Below are positions 18,748-28,413 of a stretch of DNA of 64,000 nucleotides, one piece after another; position 1 is the first letter of the stretch, and each line of letters starts with the position of its first letter. The stretch spans positions 3,552,001 through 3,616,000 of the forward strand of contig CBDIID010000003.1 of assembly GCA_965279515.1 (NCBI GenBank), in the 5' to 3' direction. The translations under genes and the position numbers were made by a program. This stretch comes from Turneriella sp. (lineage in GTDB: Bacteria; Spirochaetota; Leptospiria; Turneriellales; Turneriellaceae). The notes below the pieces were generated by a model. The model was not told the DNA's origin. It worked only from the letters and a program-made list of their open reading frames with translations, and ran no database searches.

Positions 18748-19458
18748 GTGCAGACAAGTTATACCGAAGGACAATGCGGCTATTACGGCGAACGGATCAG
18801 CCGTAACCATTGTATCAGCGACGACCGCCACGAACTTACCCGGTCGCAGATCACCCGCCTCTTAAACAAGGGCTACCGCCGTTACGGCGTCGACTACTAC
18901 AAGCCCTACTGCCGTACCTGCCACGAATGCACACCCTACCGCGTGCGGGCTGCCGATTTTACCCCCAACCGCAGCTTCAAACGCACGCTGAAACGCAATG
19001 CGGCGGCGCAGGTGGTATGGGCCGAACCCAAGCCGACACAGGAAAAGTTCGAACTCTATGTACGTTACCAGCTCGACCGCCATAAAGATTTCGGGGAGAA
19101 GTCGCTGCTGACGGTGCGCAAGCAGCTCGCGACGGCGATGATCCAACAGATGTATATGAACCCCAAGGATACGCTCGAGCTGACCGTGAGTGAAAACGAC
19201 GTGGTCATTGCCTTTGCGATTTTCGACGTCACCGACGATGCGATGTCGGCGGTCTATTCTGTCTTTGAACCCGGTTTGGCGGATCGCTCTCTGGGCACAT
19301 TCAATATTCTCTGCGGGATGGAAAAAGTACGGCAACTGAATTTGCCGTGGTTAAATCTCGGGCTCTACCTCGCCGAGCATGAGAAGATGGCGTATAAATC
19401 GAATTTCGGCCCTGCGGAAGTTTACCGCCGCTTTTCGTGGACTCAGTTCTCGAGATAA
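18748..19458 (+). CDS. ate: Arginyl/leucyl-tRNA-protein transferase (ATE/Bpt family)
   Basis: CGY, GYRRYG...Y.P.C..C..C, SAVYS.F.P...RSLGT, LG.Y....KMAYK. Confidence 0.88.
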   Translation: MQTSYTEGQCGYYGERISRNHCISDDRHELTRSQITRLLNKGYRRYGVDYYKPYCRTCHECTPYRVRAADFTPNRSFKRTLKRNAAAQVVWAEPKPTQEKFELYVRYQLDRHKDFGEKSLLTVRKQLATAMIQQMYMNPKDTLELTVSENDVVIAFAIFDVTDDAMSAVYSVFEPGLADRSLGTFNILCGMEKVRQLNLPWLNLGLYLAEHEKMAYKSNFGPAEVYRRFSWTQFSR

Positions 19459-20015
19459 TCTTTATCGAATGTGGTGCGCTCTTTCAGGCGCTGCAAGAGA
19501 TTTGCCGCCATACGTTTCATCGTACGCTGCGGAATATGCAGGATCTTTTCGAGATCGTTGTACTTGACCTGTTCGATTTTTTGCAGGATGAAAAGATTGC
19601 GTTCCTGGTCATTCAGCGACTGAAGGAAATGATCGATATGTTTTTCAAGTTCTTTCTGGTAAATTTTCCCGACCTGGTCGTCCTTCTCCCAGGTGTCGCT
19701 CTCTTGCGTGTTCTGCAGGTCACGCGTCAGGCGGCGGTGTGTGTCGCGCACATAGGTTAAGATGACGTTGCGTGCCGTCTTGACGAGCCATGACTCGATG
19801 CGGTCGGTCGAGATATCGAGTTCGGGAAGTTTGTCGTAGAAGGTGATGAAGACTTCTTGTAAGAGATCGAGCGCTTCGTCGCGGTCGCGCACCGAGCGCG
19901 AAATGTAATTTAAGACGCGCGTTTTGCTTTTGTTGTAGATGCGCTGAAAATCAGCTTCGCGCGACCCGGAACTCGGTATGGGTGGTGTACTTTCTTCCGG
20001 AGGAACCCCCGACAT
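19443..20015 (-). CDS. ECF RNA polymerase sigma factor
   Basis: Region 2 DLLQEVFI...SWLVKTARN; region 4 LNDQERNLFIL...Y.DL...L.IP.RT. Confidence 0.88.
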   Translation of the reverse strand: MSGVPPEESTPPIPSSGSREADFQRIYNKSKTRVLNYISRSVRDRDEALDLLQEVFITFYDKLPELDISTDRIESWLVKTARNVILTYVRDTHRRLTRDLQNTQESDTWEKDDQVGKIYQKELEKHIDHFLQSLNDQERNLFILQKIEQVKYNDLEKILHIPQRTMKRMAANLLQRLKERTTFDKDYLEN

Positions 20016-20021
20016 AAGCCA

Positions 20022-22715
20022 TTATTTTTTCGGCAAGACGAAGGTAAACTCAGTAAAGGCCCCGCCGGACCACTGGATGCGGATTTTACCGCCGATCTGC
20101 TCGACCTTTTTGGCGATGACATCCATACCCGCCCCCCGGCCCGAGATCTCACCCCCGGGTTCTGCAGTACTGAATCCGGGCGCAAAGATGAAGTTGATGA
20201 CGTCTTTATCGGCCATGGCTGCAATCTCGGCCGCGGTTTTGACCTTGCGTTCCGTGGCGCGCTGCCTGATCGCGGCGACGTCGAAACTCTTGCCGTCGTC
20301 ACGCACCGAGATGTCGAGCGTATCGCCGTCGGTACCCGCGGTGATGGTAATCTGACCTGTCTCGGCCTTTCCTTTGCCGCGCCGCTCGTCGGGCGTTTCA
20401 ATACTATGCGCCAGGGAATTGCGCACGCACTGCACAAGGCTGTCTCTCAGTGCGGCAAAATATTTGCGGGGGATGTTTTCCGGCGAAAAATTCACGAACC
20501 GGATCTCAGCCTTTTTGCCAAGTTTTGTGCAGATCTCGGCGACCATTTTGGGTAACGATTCCTTGATCAGGTCGATCGCATTGACGTGCATGCTGCTCGC
20601 TTCTTTCTGGAATTTTAAAATCTTTAGGATCATGCCCTCAAATTCGTCGAGAGCCTTTTGCATTTCGGCATAGTCGATATTCACCGAAATCATATCGAGA
20701 TTTTCGATCTTCTCGCGTTTCAGAAGTTCCTGCATTTTGGCCTCAAAGGTGTGGACTTCTTCTGCGACGAAATTCACCTTAAAGAGCTGTGCGCTGCCTT
20801 TAATCGTATGCGCCGCTCGGTAAACCTGCTCGATGCGTTCCCTGACATCGCCCTTGCCCTCGGGGCTCAGCGCCATATCGATGTCTTCGATTTCATTTTC
20901 GATGCTGCCGTAAAACGCCTGTAGCGCTTCGGGGTTTACGCTGAAAAGCGTGCGCACAATCTCGAGCTGGCGGCGCGACCGGCTTTCGCGCTCTTCGATC
21001 TCCAGCCGCAGTGTTTCATCGGCGGTGATGTCGCGCACCGAGACAAAGACGGCCATAATTTGTTTATTGCGGCGCTGCCTTGTGAAATTGAAATGAATAA
21101 TCTTCTCTTTTTTTGACTTAAGGCCGCGCAGCGTAATCTGGTGGAGCGGGTTCAGTTGTTCCACCGTCTCGTCGTCCATATTGGGATTAAAAAGCACGTT
21201 GAGAAACAGCCGCGCATCTTCTGAAAGATCTTCGCCGGTAATGCCGCGGATAACCTCGGCGAAGGGTTTTTGCGCGAGATCGGTCGCTTCAATTTCAAGG
21301 ATTTCAAAAATCTTAAAAGAAAATTTGTTGCCCACAATTTTATCACGGTTGATAAGAAAGACACCTTCGGTCAGCGAATTGAGCACTGCATCGCCTTCGG
21401 CGCTGAGTTCGGCGATGGTCGAAGTACGCTCGAGAATTTTCATCTCCATCGATTCGATGAGGCTCTTGTTCTCCGTCGCCAGTATTTCCAGGTCGCGGTG
21501 CGCATCTTCTTGCCGCATACTGATGAGCAGCGATTGCGAGAGAATAAAACCAATGAGACCAAAGGGAGCAACTTCAGGCAGGTTCAGAATGTTTGCGACC
21601 GTCAGAATGTCGATCGTCGCCGCGATAAAGAGGCCCAGGATGCCGAAGGCAAGTGTTTTTGCACCCCGCGCTTTGGCGAAAACCCCCTGGAATACGGTGA
21701 AAACGCTGTAAAGAATCAGGAACAGGGAAAAAATCTGCATCGGCGTCAGCGTTTCGGTGTAGATCCGCGGCGGCAGAACAATCACCGCAAGGCAGACAGG
21801 CAGCGAGAGCCACAGAATAATGCGGAAGACCAGTTTCTTAAACTGATCGGGAAACATGATGCGCAGAAACCAGGCGCTCGGAGCGAGTGAGCCGTAAAAG
21901 GTCAGGTAAGCAAGTTTCGAGTTCAGTACCCAGGGGAATTCGGGGAAAAGCGCCATGATGTAGCGGTTGCCTTCGACGAGCGAGCGCACCGCCAAAAGTA
22001 CGCAGAGAATTGCAAAGGCGAGATTTGATTTTTCCTGCGGGCGGCGTACGAAAAGCAAAAGGTGGTGCAGCGCGATCATAAAGATCGCGCCAAAAAGGAA
22101 AGTGGCGAGCGTATGATTCTCGCGGAAGGCATGCTGGATAAATCCCGAAGTACCGAGGCGAATCGTCTGCCAGATGCCGCCATGCCGGTCGTCGAAGTTC
22201 GAGACATGCATTACGAGCAGAACCCTGCCACCCGCGTCTGCTTCGGGCAGGTGTGCTACGACCGGTACGGTGCGGGAGACTGAGGCCGCCGCAGTTTCGC
22301 CGGGATTTCCCTGCTGCGCGATGAGTATGCCATTGGCGAACAGTTTATACGCGGTGCCGATGTTGGCGATCTTGAGCGAGAGCCGCCCGGCATTTTTCGG
22401 CGGCAGCAACAGTAATTCGTAACTACCCCAGCCATCGGCGGGTAATGGTTTGCCTTCGTAGAGGGCATGTTTCCAGGTGCCGCGCACCCTCAGGTTGATG
22501 GGGGCTGTGCGCGGCGCCGTGCCCGCGGGCGGAATAAACTCATTCCAGAAGAATTTCCAGTCGCCGTCGAGGGCAAGTGTGTCTTCGCCTGAGAACTGAA
22601 CTGTTGAAAAATCAATAACGCCGTGCCGTGCTTCAATCTCGCTGCGGTCGCGGGCACTTAAGGAGTAGCTGAGAAATAATGCAGCCAAAAACGCTGCGCG
22701 CAGGCAGTACTTCAC
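20022..22715 (-). CDS. 7TM-DISM sensor fused to CheA-like Hpt/HATPase kinase
   Basis: LDGDWKFFW carbohydrate-binding-like ectodomain; 7 TM segments; Hpt YRAAHTIKG; VRNSLAHSIE; GFSTA...SGRGAGMDV; no CheW domain. Confidence 0.88.
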   Translation of the reverse strand: MKYCLRAAFLAALFLSYSLSARDRSEIEARHGVIDFSTVQFSGEDTLALDGDWKFFWNEFIPPAGTAPRTAPINLRVRGTWKHALYEGKPLPADGWGSYELLLLPPKNAGRLSLKIANIGTAYKLFANGILIAQQGNPGETAAASVSRTVPVVAHLPEADAGGRVLLVMHVSNFDDRHGGIWQTIRLGTSGFIQHAFRENHTLATFLFGAIFMIALHHLLLFVRRPQEKSNLAFAILCVLLAVRSLVEGNRYIMALFPEFPWVLNSKLAYLTFYGSLAPSAWFLRIMFPDQFKKLVFRIILWLSLPVCLAVIVLPPRIYTETLTPMQIFSLFLILYSVFTVFQGVFAKARGAKTLAFGILGLFIAATIDILTVANILNLPEVAPFGLIGFILSQSLLISMRQEDAHRDLEILATENKSLIESMEMKILERTSTIAELSAEGDAVLNSLTEGVFLINRDKIVGNKFSFKIFEILEIEATDLAQKPFAEVIRGITGEDLSEDARLFLNVLFNPNMDDETVEQLNPLHQITLRGLKSKKEKIIHFNFTRQRRNKQIMAVFVSVRDITADETLRLEIEERESRSRRQLEIVRTLFSVNPEALQAFYGSIENEIEDIDMALSPEGKGDVRERIEQVYRAAHTIKGSAQLFKVNFVAEEVHTFEAKMQELLKREKIENLDMISVNIDYAEMQKALDEFEGMILKILKFQKEASSMHVNAIDLIKESLPKMVAEICTKLGKKAEIRFVNFSPENIPRKYFAALRDSLVQCVRNSLAHSIETPDERRGKGKAETGQITITAGTDGDTLDISVRDDGKSFDVAAIRQRATERKVKTAAEIAAMADKDVINFIFAPGFSTAEPGGEISGRGAGMDVIAKKVEQIGGKIRIQWSGGAFTEFTFVLPKK

Positions 22716-23086
22716 GGCGCTTCGGGGCCGAGCACTTTCTCAATGGCACTGCGCACGGCAGCTTCAGAAACCGGTTTGTTGATGAATAGCGAGGCACCGG
22801 CATCGAGCGCCTTTAAAACGATGCTCTTGTCGTTGATCGCCGAAACGATGATCACCTGCGCATCAGACCGGATTTTTTTCATTTCTTTGAGTGCGGCCAG
22901 CCCGTCGATTTTCGGCATGGTTATGTCGAGCGTAACGAGGTCGGGCTTGAGGTCGCGGAACATTGTGACCGCTTCTTCACCGTCGCGTGCCGTACCGACA
23001 ATTTCGAGATTATAGTTTGTCAGAAATTTTGACATTACATCCCGCATGATCTGCGAGTCGTCCACAATCAACACCTTGCGCGACAT
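22712..23086 (-). CDS. Single-domain response regulator (CheY-like)
   Basis: VLIVDDS, LDITMP, VSA, INKP. Confidence 0.92.
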   Translation of the reverse strand: MSRKVLIVDDSQIMRDVMSKFLTNYNLEIVGTARDGEEAVTMFRDLKPDLVTLDITMPKIDGLAALKEMKKIRSDAQVIIVSAINDKSIVLKALDAGASLFINKPVSEAAVRSAIEKVLGPEAP

Positions 23087-23303
23087 TAAGCTAATTTTCA
23101 AAGCTTAGACAGGCTGAAAATATTTATTGCAAATTATGGGCCGAAATGGCTGGGCTAGTGAATCCTGCAAATAGGATGTAATTCCCATAAGAAAATGCCG
23201 GGCCTTGGCAGAAAAACTCATTTCCCGATTGACGGAGTTATCTTCCCCGATAAGCTGGTCCGTCCATCTTTCTCGTCTACCTAAAAACTTCAGGAGGAAA
23301 ACA

Positions 23304-23579
23304 ATGAAATCATCTGTTGTATCACGCCTTCTTTTTGCTGTTTTCCTGCTGAGCTGCGCTGGCCTGCTCTATGCCGCCGCGCCGGTCGCAGAGGTGCATG
23401 AAAAGTGCCTGCAAAACTCGCGCGAAGTTTACCAGGCGCGCCTGATGGATTGCAAGCTACATAGCCGCAATTCGGCGCGCTGCCGCGCCGAAGCCGCGAA
23501 AGAAAAGCGCGAATTGCTCGATTATTGTGCGGCAGGCCTCAAAAAGCAGCCCGCCACAATTATCGTTAACAGCCATTGA
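23304..23579 (+). CDS. Small secreted four-Cys helical protein
   Basis: AGGAGG SD before ATG 23304; signal peptide; C-x14-C-x9-C-x14-C. Confidence 0.7.
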   Translation: MKSSVVSRLLFAVFLLSCAGLLYAAAPVAEVHEKCLQNSREVYQARLMDCKLHSRNSARCRAEAAKEKRELLDYCAAGLKKQPATIIVNSH

Positions 23580-23646
23580 CTGGGCGCGGGCTGATAAGCC
23601 CGCAAATGATTGACCACTCCCTTCCCGAATAGACTCTTCCCGGCCG

Positions 23647-24495
23647 ATGCGCACGCAAGAAGTCAAGGCCGGGCGTTTTCGTTTTTCCTACGAAACCCAC
23701 GGTGCCGGAAAAGAAATTTTCATACTGATACACGGCTGGTGCTCCGTGCGCAACTTCTGGGGGCCTGTACTCAAAGATTTTGCCGAGCTCGGCACAACCT
23801 ATAACATGGACCTCGTCGGCCACCACCCGGCCTCGCAGGCAGACGATATACAGGATGCTGATCTTATCAAGATCACTGGTGCGCAGGCCGCCGCGATCAA
23901 AGAGATTGTCGGTAAAAAAAAGGTAACCGTCGTCGGCCACTCCACGGGTGGCCTTGTTGCCCTGGCGCTGGCAGTGCAGCACCCTGAACTCGTGAGCCGC
24001 GTGATAGCGATCGGTCCCGTGATCCATGGGCCTGTCAAGGGACCGCTGGGTTTTGCGAAGGATCTATACCGCCTGAAACTTTCTGCCGCACTGCATCTGC
24101 CCTTTGTTTTCATCCGTTCATTACCCGATGCCTTCAAGAATATCTTCGAAACCGGAGTGCATGACTCCAAAGCCTTCTTCCGACGCAGCGACGCCGAAGG
24201 CTATGTCAAAGCTTACCGCGAACAGATGCTGAATATTTCGCCCGAAGTCATGGGTGCATGGCTGGGTATCATCGACAGGGCCGACCTCAGGCCTGTACTC
24301 ACGGGGCATCCCGCGCATACCCTCTTTATTACGGGTTCCCATGACCGCGTGGTTGACCATGTGCAGGCGCGCGAGATTGCACGTAAAATGCCCAACGGTG
24401 CCTACCATGAATATTCCAATTCGGGGCATATACCCATTCTTGAAGAAGAGCTTGAGTGTTTTGGTAACATGAAAACCTGGCTCGACGCCCATTAA
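23647..24495 (+). CDS. Alpha/beta hydrolase
   Basis: IHGW, GHSTGG nucleophile, G..D.VV, SGH. Confidence 0.9.
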   Translation: MRTQEVKAGRFRFSYETHGAGKEIFILIHGWCSVRNFWGPVLKDFAELGTTYNMDLVGHHPASQADDIQDADLIKITGAQAAAIKEIVGKKKVTVVGHSTGGLVALALAVQHPELVSRVIAIGPVIHGPVKGPLGFAKDLYRLKLSAALHLPFVFIRSLPDAFKNIFETGVHDSKAFFRRSDAEGYVKAYREQMLNISPEVMGAWLGIIDRADLRPVLTGHPAHTLFITGSHDRVVDHVQAREIARKMPNGAYHEYSNSGHIPILEEELECFGNMKTWLDAH

Positions 24496-24499
24496 ACAA

Positions 24500-25711
24500 T
24501 TGAGAAAACGCCCCGTGGCGGAAATCAACGGCGAATGGCATAACCGGTTTAAACCGCTGATCGATGCGTTCCAGAAAAATTTTGCCGACAAGCAAGAGGC
24601 CGGCGCGGCGATCTGCGTCTATCACAAGGGCGAAAAACTTGTCGATGCCTGGGCCGGAATCAAGGACACAAAAACCCGCGAACCGTGGAATGAAAATACG
24701 CTCACGACTATCTTTTCCGTCACCAAGGCCTTAACCGCACTCTGCTTTCTGATTCTCGCCTCGCGCAAAAAATTCGACTACGATAAACCCGTTTCATTCT
24801 ACTGGCCCGATTTTGCCTTGGGCGGCAAAAAAGATATCAGCTGCCGGCTCTTGCTCGAACACCGCGCCGGCCTCTATGCGGTAGAGACACCTCTCAACCT
24901 CACCGACTTTGCAAATAATCAATCCAAAATTTATAATGCGCTCTCGATGCAAAAGCCGCTCTTTGTTCCCGGCAGCATGCAGGCTTATGGTGCGCAGGTC
25001 TGGGGCGCCTATGCTGCCGAGCTGTTCCGCAATGTCGCCGGCGAGAGTGTCGGTACATTTTTTGCGCGCGAGGTCGCCAAAAAACTCCATGCGGATTGTT
25101 TCATTGGTTTGCCGGCAGAATATGAAAATGATGTGGCGACGCTTTACCCGGTCTCGGTCTTTGACCGTCTCAGCTCTCTCATTCCCGATATTATCAGGGG
25201 CGAAACCACCGAGGGCCGCATCGGCCGCGCTTTTATGTCGGGCAATAAATCGATCGAACAGGCTTATATGAACCCGTCAGCGGGAATCAAAAGCCTCGAA
25301 GTCTTCAATGACCCCTGGGTGCACCGTCTCGAACTGCCATGGGTGAACGGTGTCGCGCATGCGCGCTCGCTCGCGCAGGTGATGAATGTGCTTGCGCTCG
25401 GCGGCAAGGCCGGCAAGCTTCAGTTTGCAACCCCCGCGCTCATGGCCGAACTCATGCGCGAAAATCCGCTGCGTTACGATCTTGTGCTGCAGAAACCGCT
25501 CGGCTGGAATCTCGGTTTCCTTAAAGAAGAGCGCTGGCTCTATTCGCCGAATGTCGAAGCCTTCGGTCATTCAGGTATGGGCGGCCCGATTGCACTCGCC
25601 GACCCCAAGACAAAGCTGGCTTTTGGTTATGTCTGTAATAAGATGGATTATAAAGTGAGGCCCGACAAAACGCTGGCGCTTTGCCGGGCACTCTACGAAT
25701 CGATGGCGTAG
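24500..25711 (+). CDS. Serine hydrolase, beta-lactamase/esterase family
   Basis: FSVTK (SxxK), LLEHRAGL, FGHSGMGG...ADP. Confidence 0.9.
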   Translation: MRKRPVAEINGEWHNRFKPLIDAFQKNFADKQEAGAAICVYHKGEKLVDAWAGIKDTKTREPWNENTLTTIFSVTKALTALCFLILASRKKFDYDKPVSFYWPDFALGGKKDISCRLLLEHRAGLYAVETPLNLTDFANNQSKIYNALSMQKPLFVPGSMQAYGAQVWGAYAAELFRNVAGESVGTFFAREVAKKLHADCFIGLPAEYENDVATLYPVSVFDRLSSLIPDIIRGETTEGRIGRAFMSGNKSIEQAYMNPSAGIKSLEVFNDPWVHRLELPWVNGVAHARSLAQVMNVLALGGKAGKLQFATPALMAELMRENPLRYDLVLQKPLGWNLGFLKEERWLYSPNVEAFGHSGMGGPIALADPKTKLAFGYVCNKMDYKVRPDKTLALCRALYESMA

Positions 25712-25736
25712 CGCCGCTACGCCATTTCCGGCGAAA

Positions 25737-26024
25737 TTATTTTTTGGCTGCTGCGGGTGCTGAGGATTTGCAACCTTTGAGGGCCGCGTCACGGCTTGCC
25801 GCTGCTTCCTTGAGTGCCTTTACCACAGCAGTGCTGCACTGTGCCTTCTCCATGGAAGATTTTCCGGTCTTGCAGCCGGCCTGAGCTTTCTTTTGTGACT
25901 CGACCGTGGCTTTATATGTATCCGTGGCCTTCTTGCGGCACTCCGCTTCGGCGGGGCTGATCTTCGCCGCAATGCCTGTTGCTGTGAAAGCAACGGCGAT
26001 AAGAATAAGGGAAATTTTTTTCAT
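25737..26024 (-). CDS. Small secreted four-Cys helical protein
   Basis: AGGAG SD; MKK signal peptide; C-x21-C-x11-C-x21-C. Confidence 0.75.
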   Translation of the reverse strand: MKKISLILIAVAFTATGIAAKISPAEAECRKKATDTYKATVESQKKAQAGCKTGKSSMEKAQCSTAVVKALKEAAASRDAALKGCKSSAPAAAKK

Positions 26025-26137
26025 TGGTTGTCTCCTGTGGATTGCCTCATGGCACCCCTGAGATTACGCATGAGATCGCTCCCGCGGACATAAATGTCGC
26101 GCCTGTTATGGCATGAATGTCCCATAAACGGAAGGGA

Positions 26138-26440
26138 TCAGATTTCGAGAGTTACCTGTACTGACTTTCCCGGGATAATTTTTTCTTTTTTACGGACTTC
26201 GGCTTTCAGGGGTAAGGCATACGAGTTGGATTTCGTGTCGCGGAAAACAGATGTCTTCCAGGTTGTTTTTCCGACCGTCGCGTTGACACGTATGGTGCCG
26301 AAATTCTTTTGCAGGCCGCCGTGGAATGCCCGCACCTCTGCCGCGAGTTTTTGCGGCAACGTGACAAAATACCAGGGCGTGGGTCCGTTAAAGATCCAGA
26401 CCTTTGCCTTGAATCGGTAGACGCTGGTTTCAGGAGCCAT
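26138..26440 (-). CDS. DUF1905-family protein
   Basis: WYFVTLP...FGTIRV.ATVG.T.W.TSVF...Y.LPLK..VR. Confidence 0.85.
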   Translation of the reverse strand: MAPETSVYRFKAKVWIFNGPTPWYFVTLPQKLAAEVRAFHGGLQKNFGTIRVNATVGKTTWKTSVFRDTKSNSYALPLKAEVRKKEKIIPGKSVQVTLEI

Positions 26441-26448
26441 TTTCAGCG

Positions 26449-27864
26449 CTATTTAATAACCATCAACCGCACCTCGGTCATGTCTTCGATCGCAGAGCGT
26501 ATGCCTTCGCGTCCCAGGCCAGAATCCTTAACACCGCCATACGGCATGTTGTCGACGCGAAAGCTCGGCACATCGCCGATCACGACGCCGCCGACTTCGA
26601 GGGTATCCCATGCCAGCATCGCCTTCGCAATATCTTTTGTGAAAATGCCGGCCTGCAGTCCGTAACGCCCCGCGTTGACACGCTCCAAAGCCTCGCCGAA
26701 ATCGGAAAATTTTTCGAGCACCGCCGCGGGGCCGAATGCTTCTTCGGCGTAAAGGGCGTCGGTGTTTTTTGCCCCTTCAACCAGCGTGGGTTCGAGCATC
26801 GTGCCCTGGCGTTTACCCCCGCAAAGTACCTTCGCCCCGCCGGCCGCTGCGGCTTCTATCCAGCCGGCGAGCCGCGCGGCTTCGGCCTCTGAAATCATTG
26901 GGCCGATAAAAATATTTTCATCATGCGGATTGCCCGCCTTGAGTGCAGCCGTGGCCTGAACCAGACGGGCTTTGCACTCATCGTAGAGCGATTCATGGAT
27001 CAGAATACGCTGCACACTGATGCAGCTTTGCCCCGACTGGTAAAATGCGCCGAAAATAATGCGCGGAATCACTGCATCGAGATCGCTTTCACTGTCGACG
27101 ATGCAGGCGGCATTGCCGCCGAGCTCGAGTGTTACCTTTTTTTTACCGGCACGCGCCTTCATCTTCCAGCCGACTTCGGCCGAGCCCGTGAAGCTGAGCA
27201 GCTTCAGCCTTTCGTCTGTGACAAAAAGATCGGCGCCGTCGCGCGAGCAGGGTAAAATGGAAAACGCACCAGCAGGCAGCGCCGTTTCGGCTAAAATCTC
27301 TCCCAACACCAGGGCGCCCAACGGCGTCAGGCTCGCCGGCTTGAGCACAAAGGGACATCCCACTGCTATTGCCGGCGCAATTTTGTGCGCAGCCAGGTTC
27401 AACGGAAAATTAAACGGACTGATGAACGAGCAGGCGCCGATGGGTACGCGCCTGGTGAAGCCGCGGTAGCCCTTGGTGCGTGGCGTGATGTCGAGCGGCA
27501 TGACTTCGCCGCCGATGCGCGTCGCTTCTTCCATGGCGATGCGAAATGTGTCCATGAGCCGCGTGACTTCGCCACGCGCATCTTTAATCGGCTTACCCGC
27601 TTCGATGCAGAGCAGCTCGGCGAGTTCGGCCTGCCGTTCACCGACGCGCGTCAAAACGTGCTCGAGCACCGCGCGGCGTTCGAATGCCGCCATTTGTGCC
27701 ATGGGTCTTTCCGCCGCGACCGCAAATGCTATTGCCTCATCGATAATCTTCTCATCTGCCAAAGCAACTTCAGCATAGATGTTTCCTGTGTACTTATCTT
27801 TAACCTGGAGCGTCTGCGCAGCCATCCGCGGCTGGTTTGCCAGGTAATACGGATATTTCTTCAA
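26449..27864 (-). CDS. Aldehyde dehydrogenase
   Basis: PFNFP, FTGS, LELGGN, GQSCIS, EEAFGP, PYGGVK.SG.GREG. Confidence 0.95.
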   Translation of the reverse strand: MKKYPYYLANQPRMAAQTLQVKDKYTGNIYAEVALADEKIIDEAIAFAVAAERPMAQMAAFERRAVLEHVLTRVGERQAELAELLCIEAGKPIKDARGEVTRLMDTFRIAMEEATRIGGEVMPLDITPRTKGYRGFTRRVPIGACSFISPFNFPLNLAAHKIAPAIAVGCPFVLKPASLTPLGALVLGEILAETALPAGAFSILPCSRDGADLFVTDERLKLLSFTGSAEVGWKMKARAGKKKVTLELGGNAACIVDSESDLDAVIPRIIFGAFYQSGQSCISVQRILIHESLYDECKARLVQATAALKAGNPHDENIFIGPMISEAEAARLAGWIEAAAAGGAKVLCGGKRQGTMLEPTLVEGAKNTDALYAEEAFGPAAVLEKFSDFGEALERVNAGRYGLQAGIFTKDIAKAMLAWDTLEVGGVVIGDVPSFRVDNMPYGGVKDSGLGREGIRSAIEDMTEVRLMVIK

Positions 27865-28322
27865 TGCGGTTCTCCTGAAATGTTTGGGGTGACAGCGATT
27901 TTTTCCAGGCTGATCCTGATCTGTTCCGGAATACGCGTGGGCTTACTGGCTGCGCGATCGACAAAGACATGGGTAAAAAATCCGTCAGCCACCGCAATCT
28001 CTTCGCCTGCGCGAAAAATGGCGACGCCGTATTCGACAGACGACCCCGTGAGCCGGTTCACGCGCAATCCGCCTTCGAGTTTATCGGGGTAAGCGACGGG
28101 TGCGTGGTAGTTGCAACCTGAGGCGACGACGAAACCGGCGATCGTGTCGGAGTGAATTTTGAGCCCGGCCTGCTGTATCAGGTAAAGGTTCGCGACGCTG
28201 TCGAAGTAAGAATAATAGATCACATTGTTGACGTGCCCATAGATATCGTTGTCTGACCAGCGCGTGGTAACCGGCGCGAAGAAACGGTAATCGCCGCGTT
28301 GCGTGCGGCTTGGTTTTGCCAT
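27861..28322 (-). CDS. Acyl-CoA thioesterase (hot-dog, 4HBT family)
   Basis: RWSDNDIYGHVNNVIYYSYFD. Confidence 0.9.
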   Translation of the reverse strand: MAKPSRTQRGDYRFFAPVTTRWSDNDIYGHVNNVIYYSYFDSVANLYLIQQAGLKIHSDTIAGFVVASGCNYHAPVAYPDKLEGGLRVNRLTGSSVEYGVAIFRAGEEIAVADGFFTHVFVDRAASKPTRIPEQIRISLEKIAVTPNISGEPH

Positions 28323-28413
28323 GGGGGTAGGTGAGCGGGATGTTTATCCCGTCAAACGAAAAGGCTGCGTATGCGGATTGACCCGTGAAACGTTGCCGCG
28401 TGTCTGGCACGAT

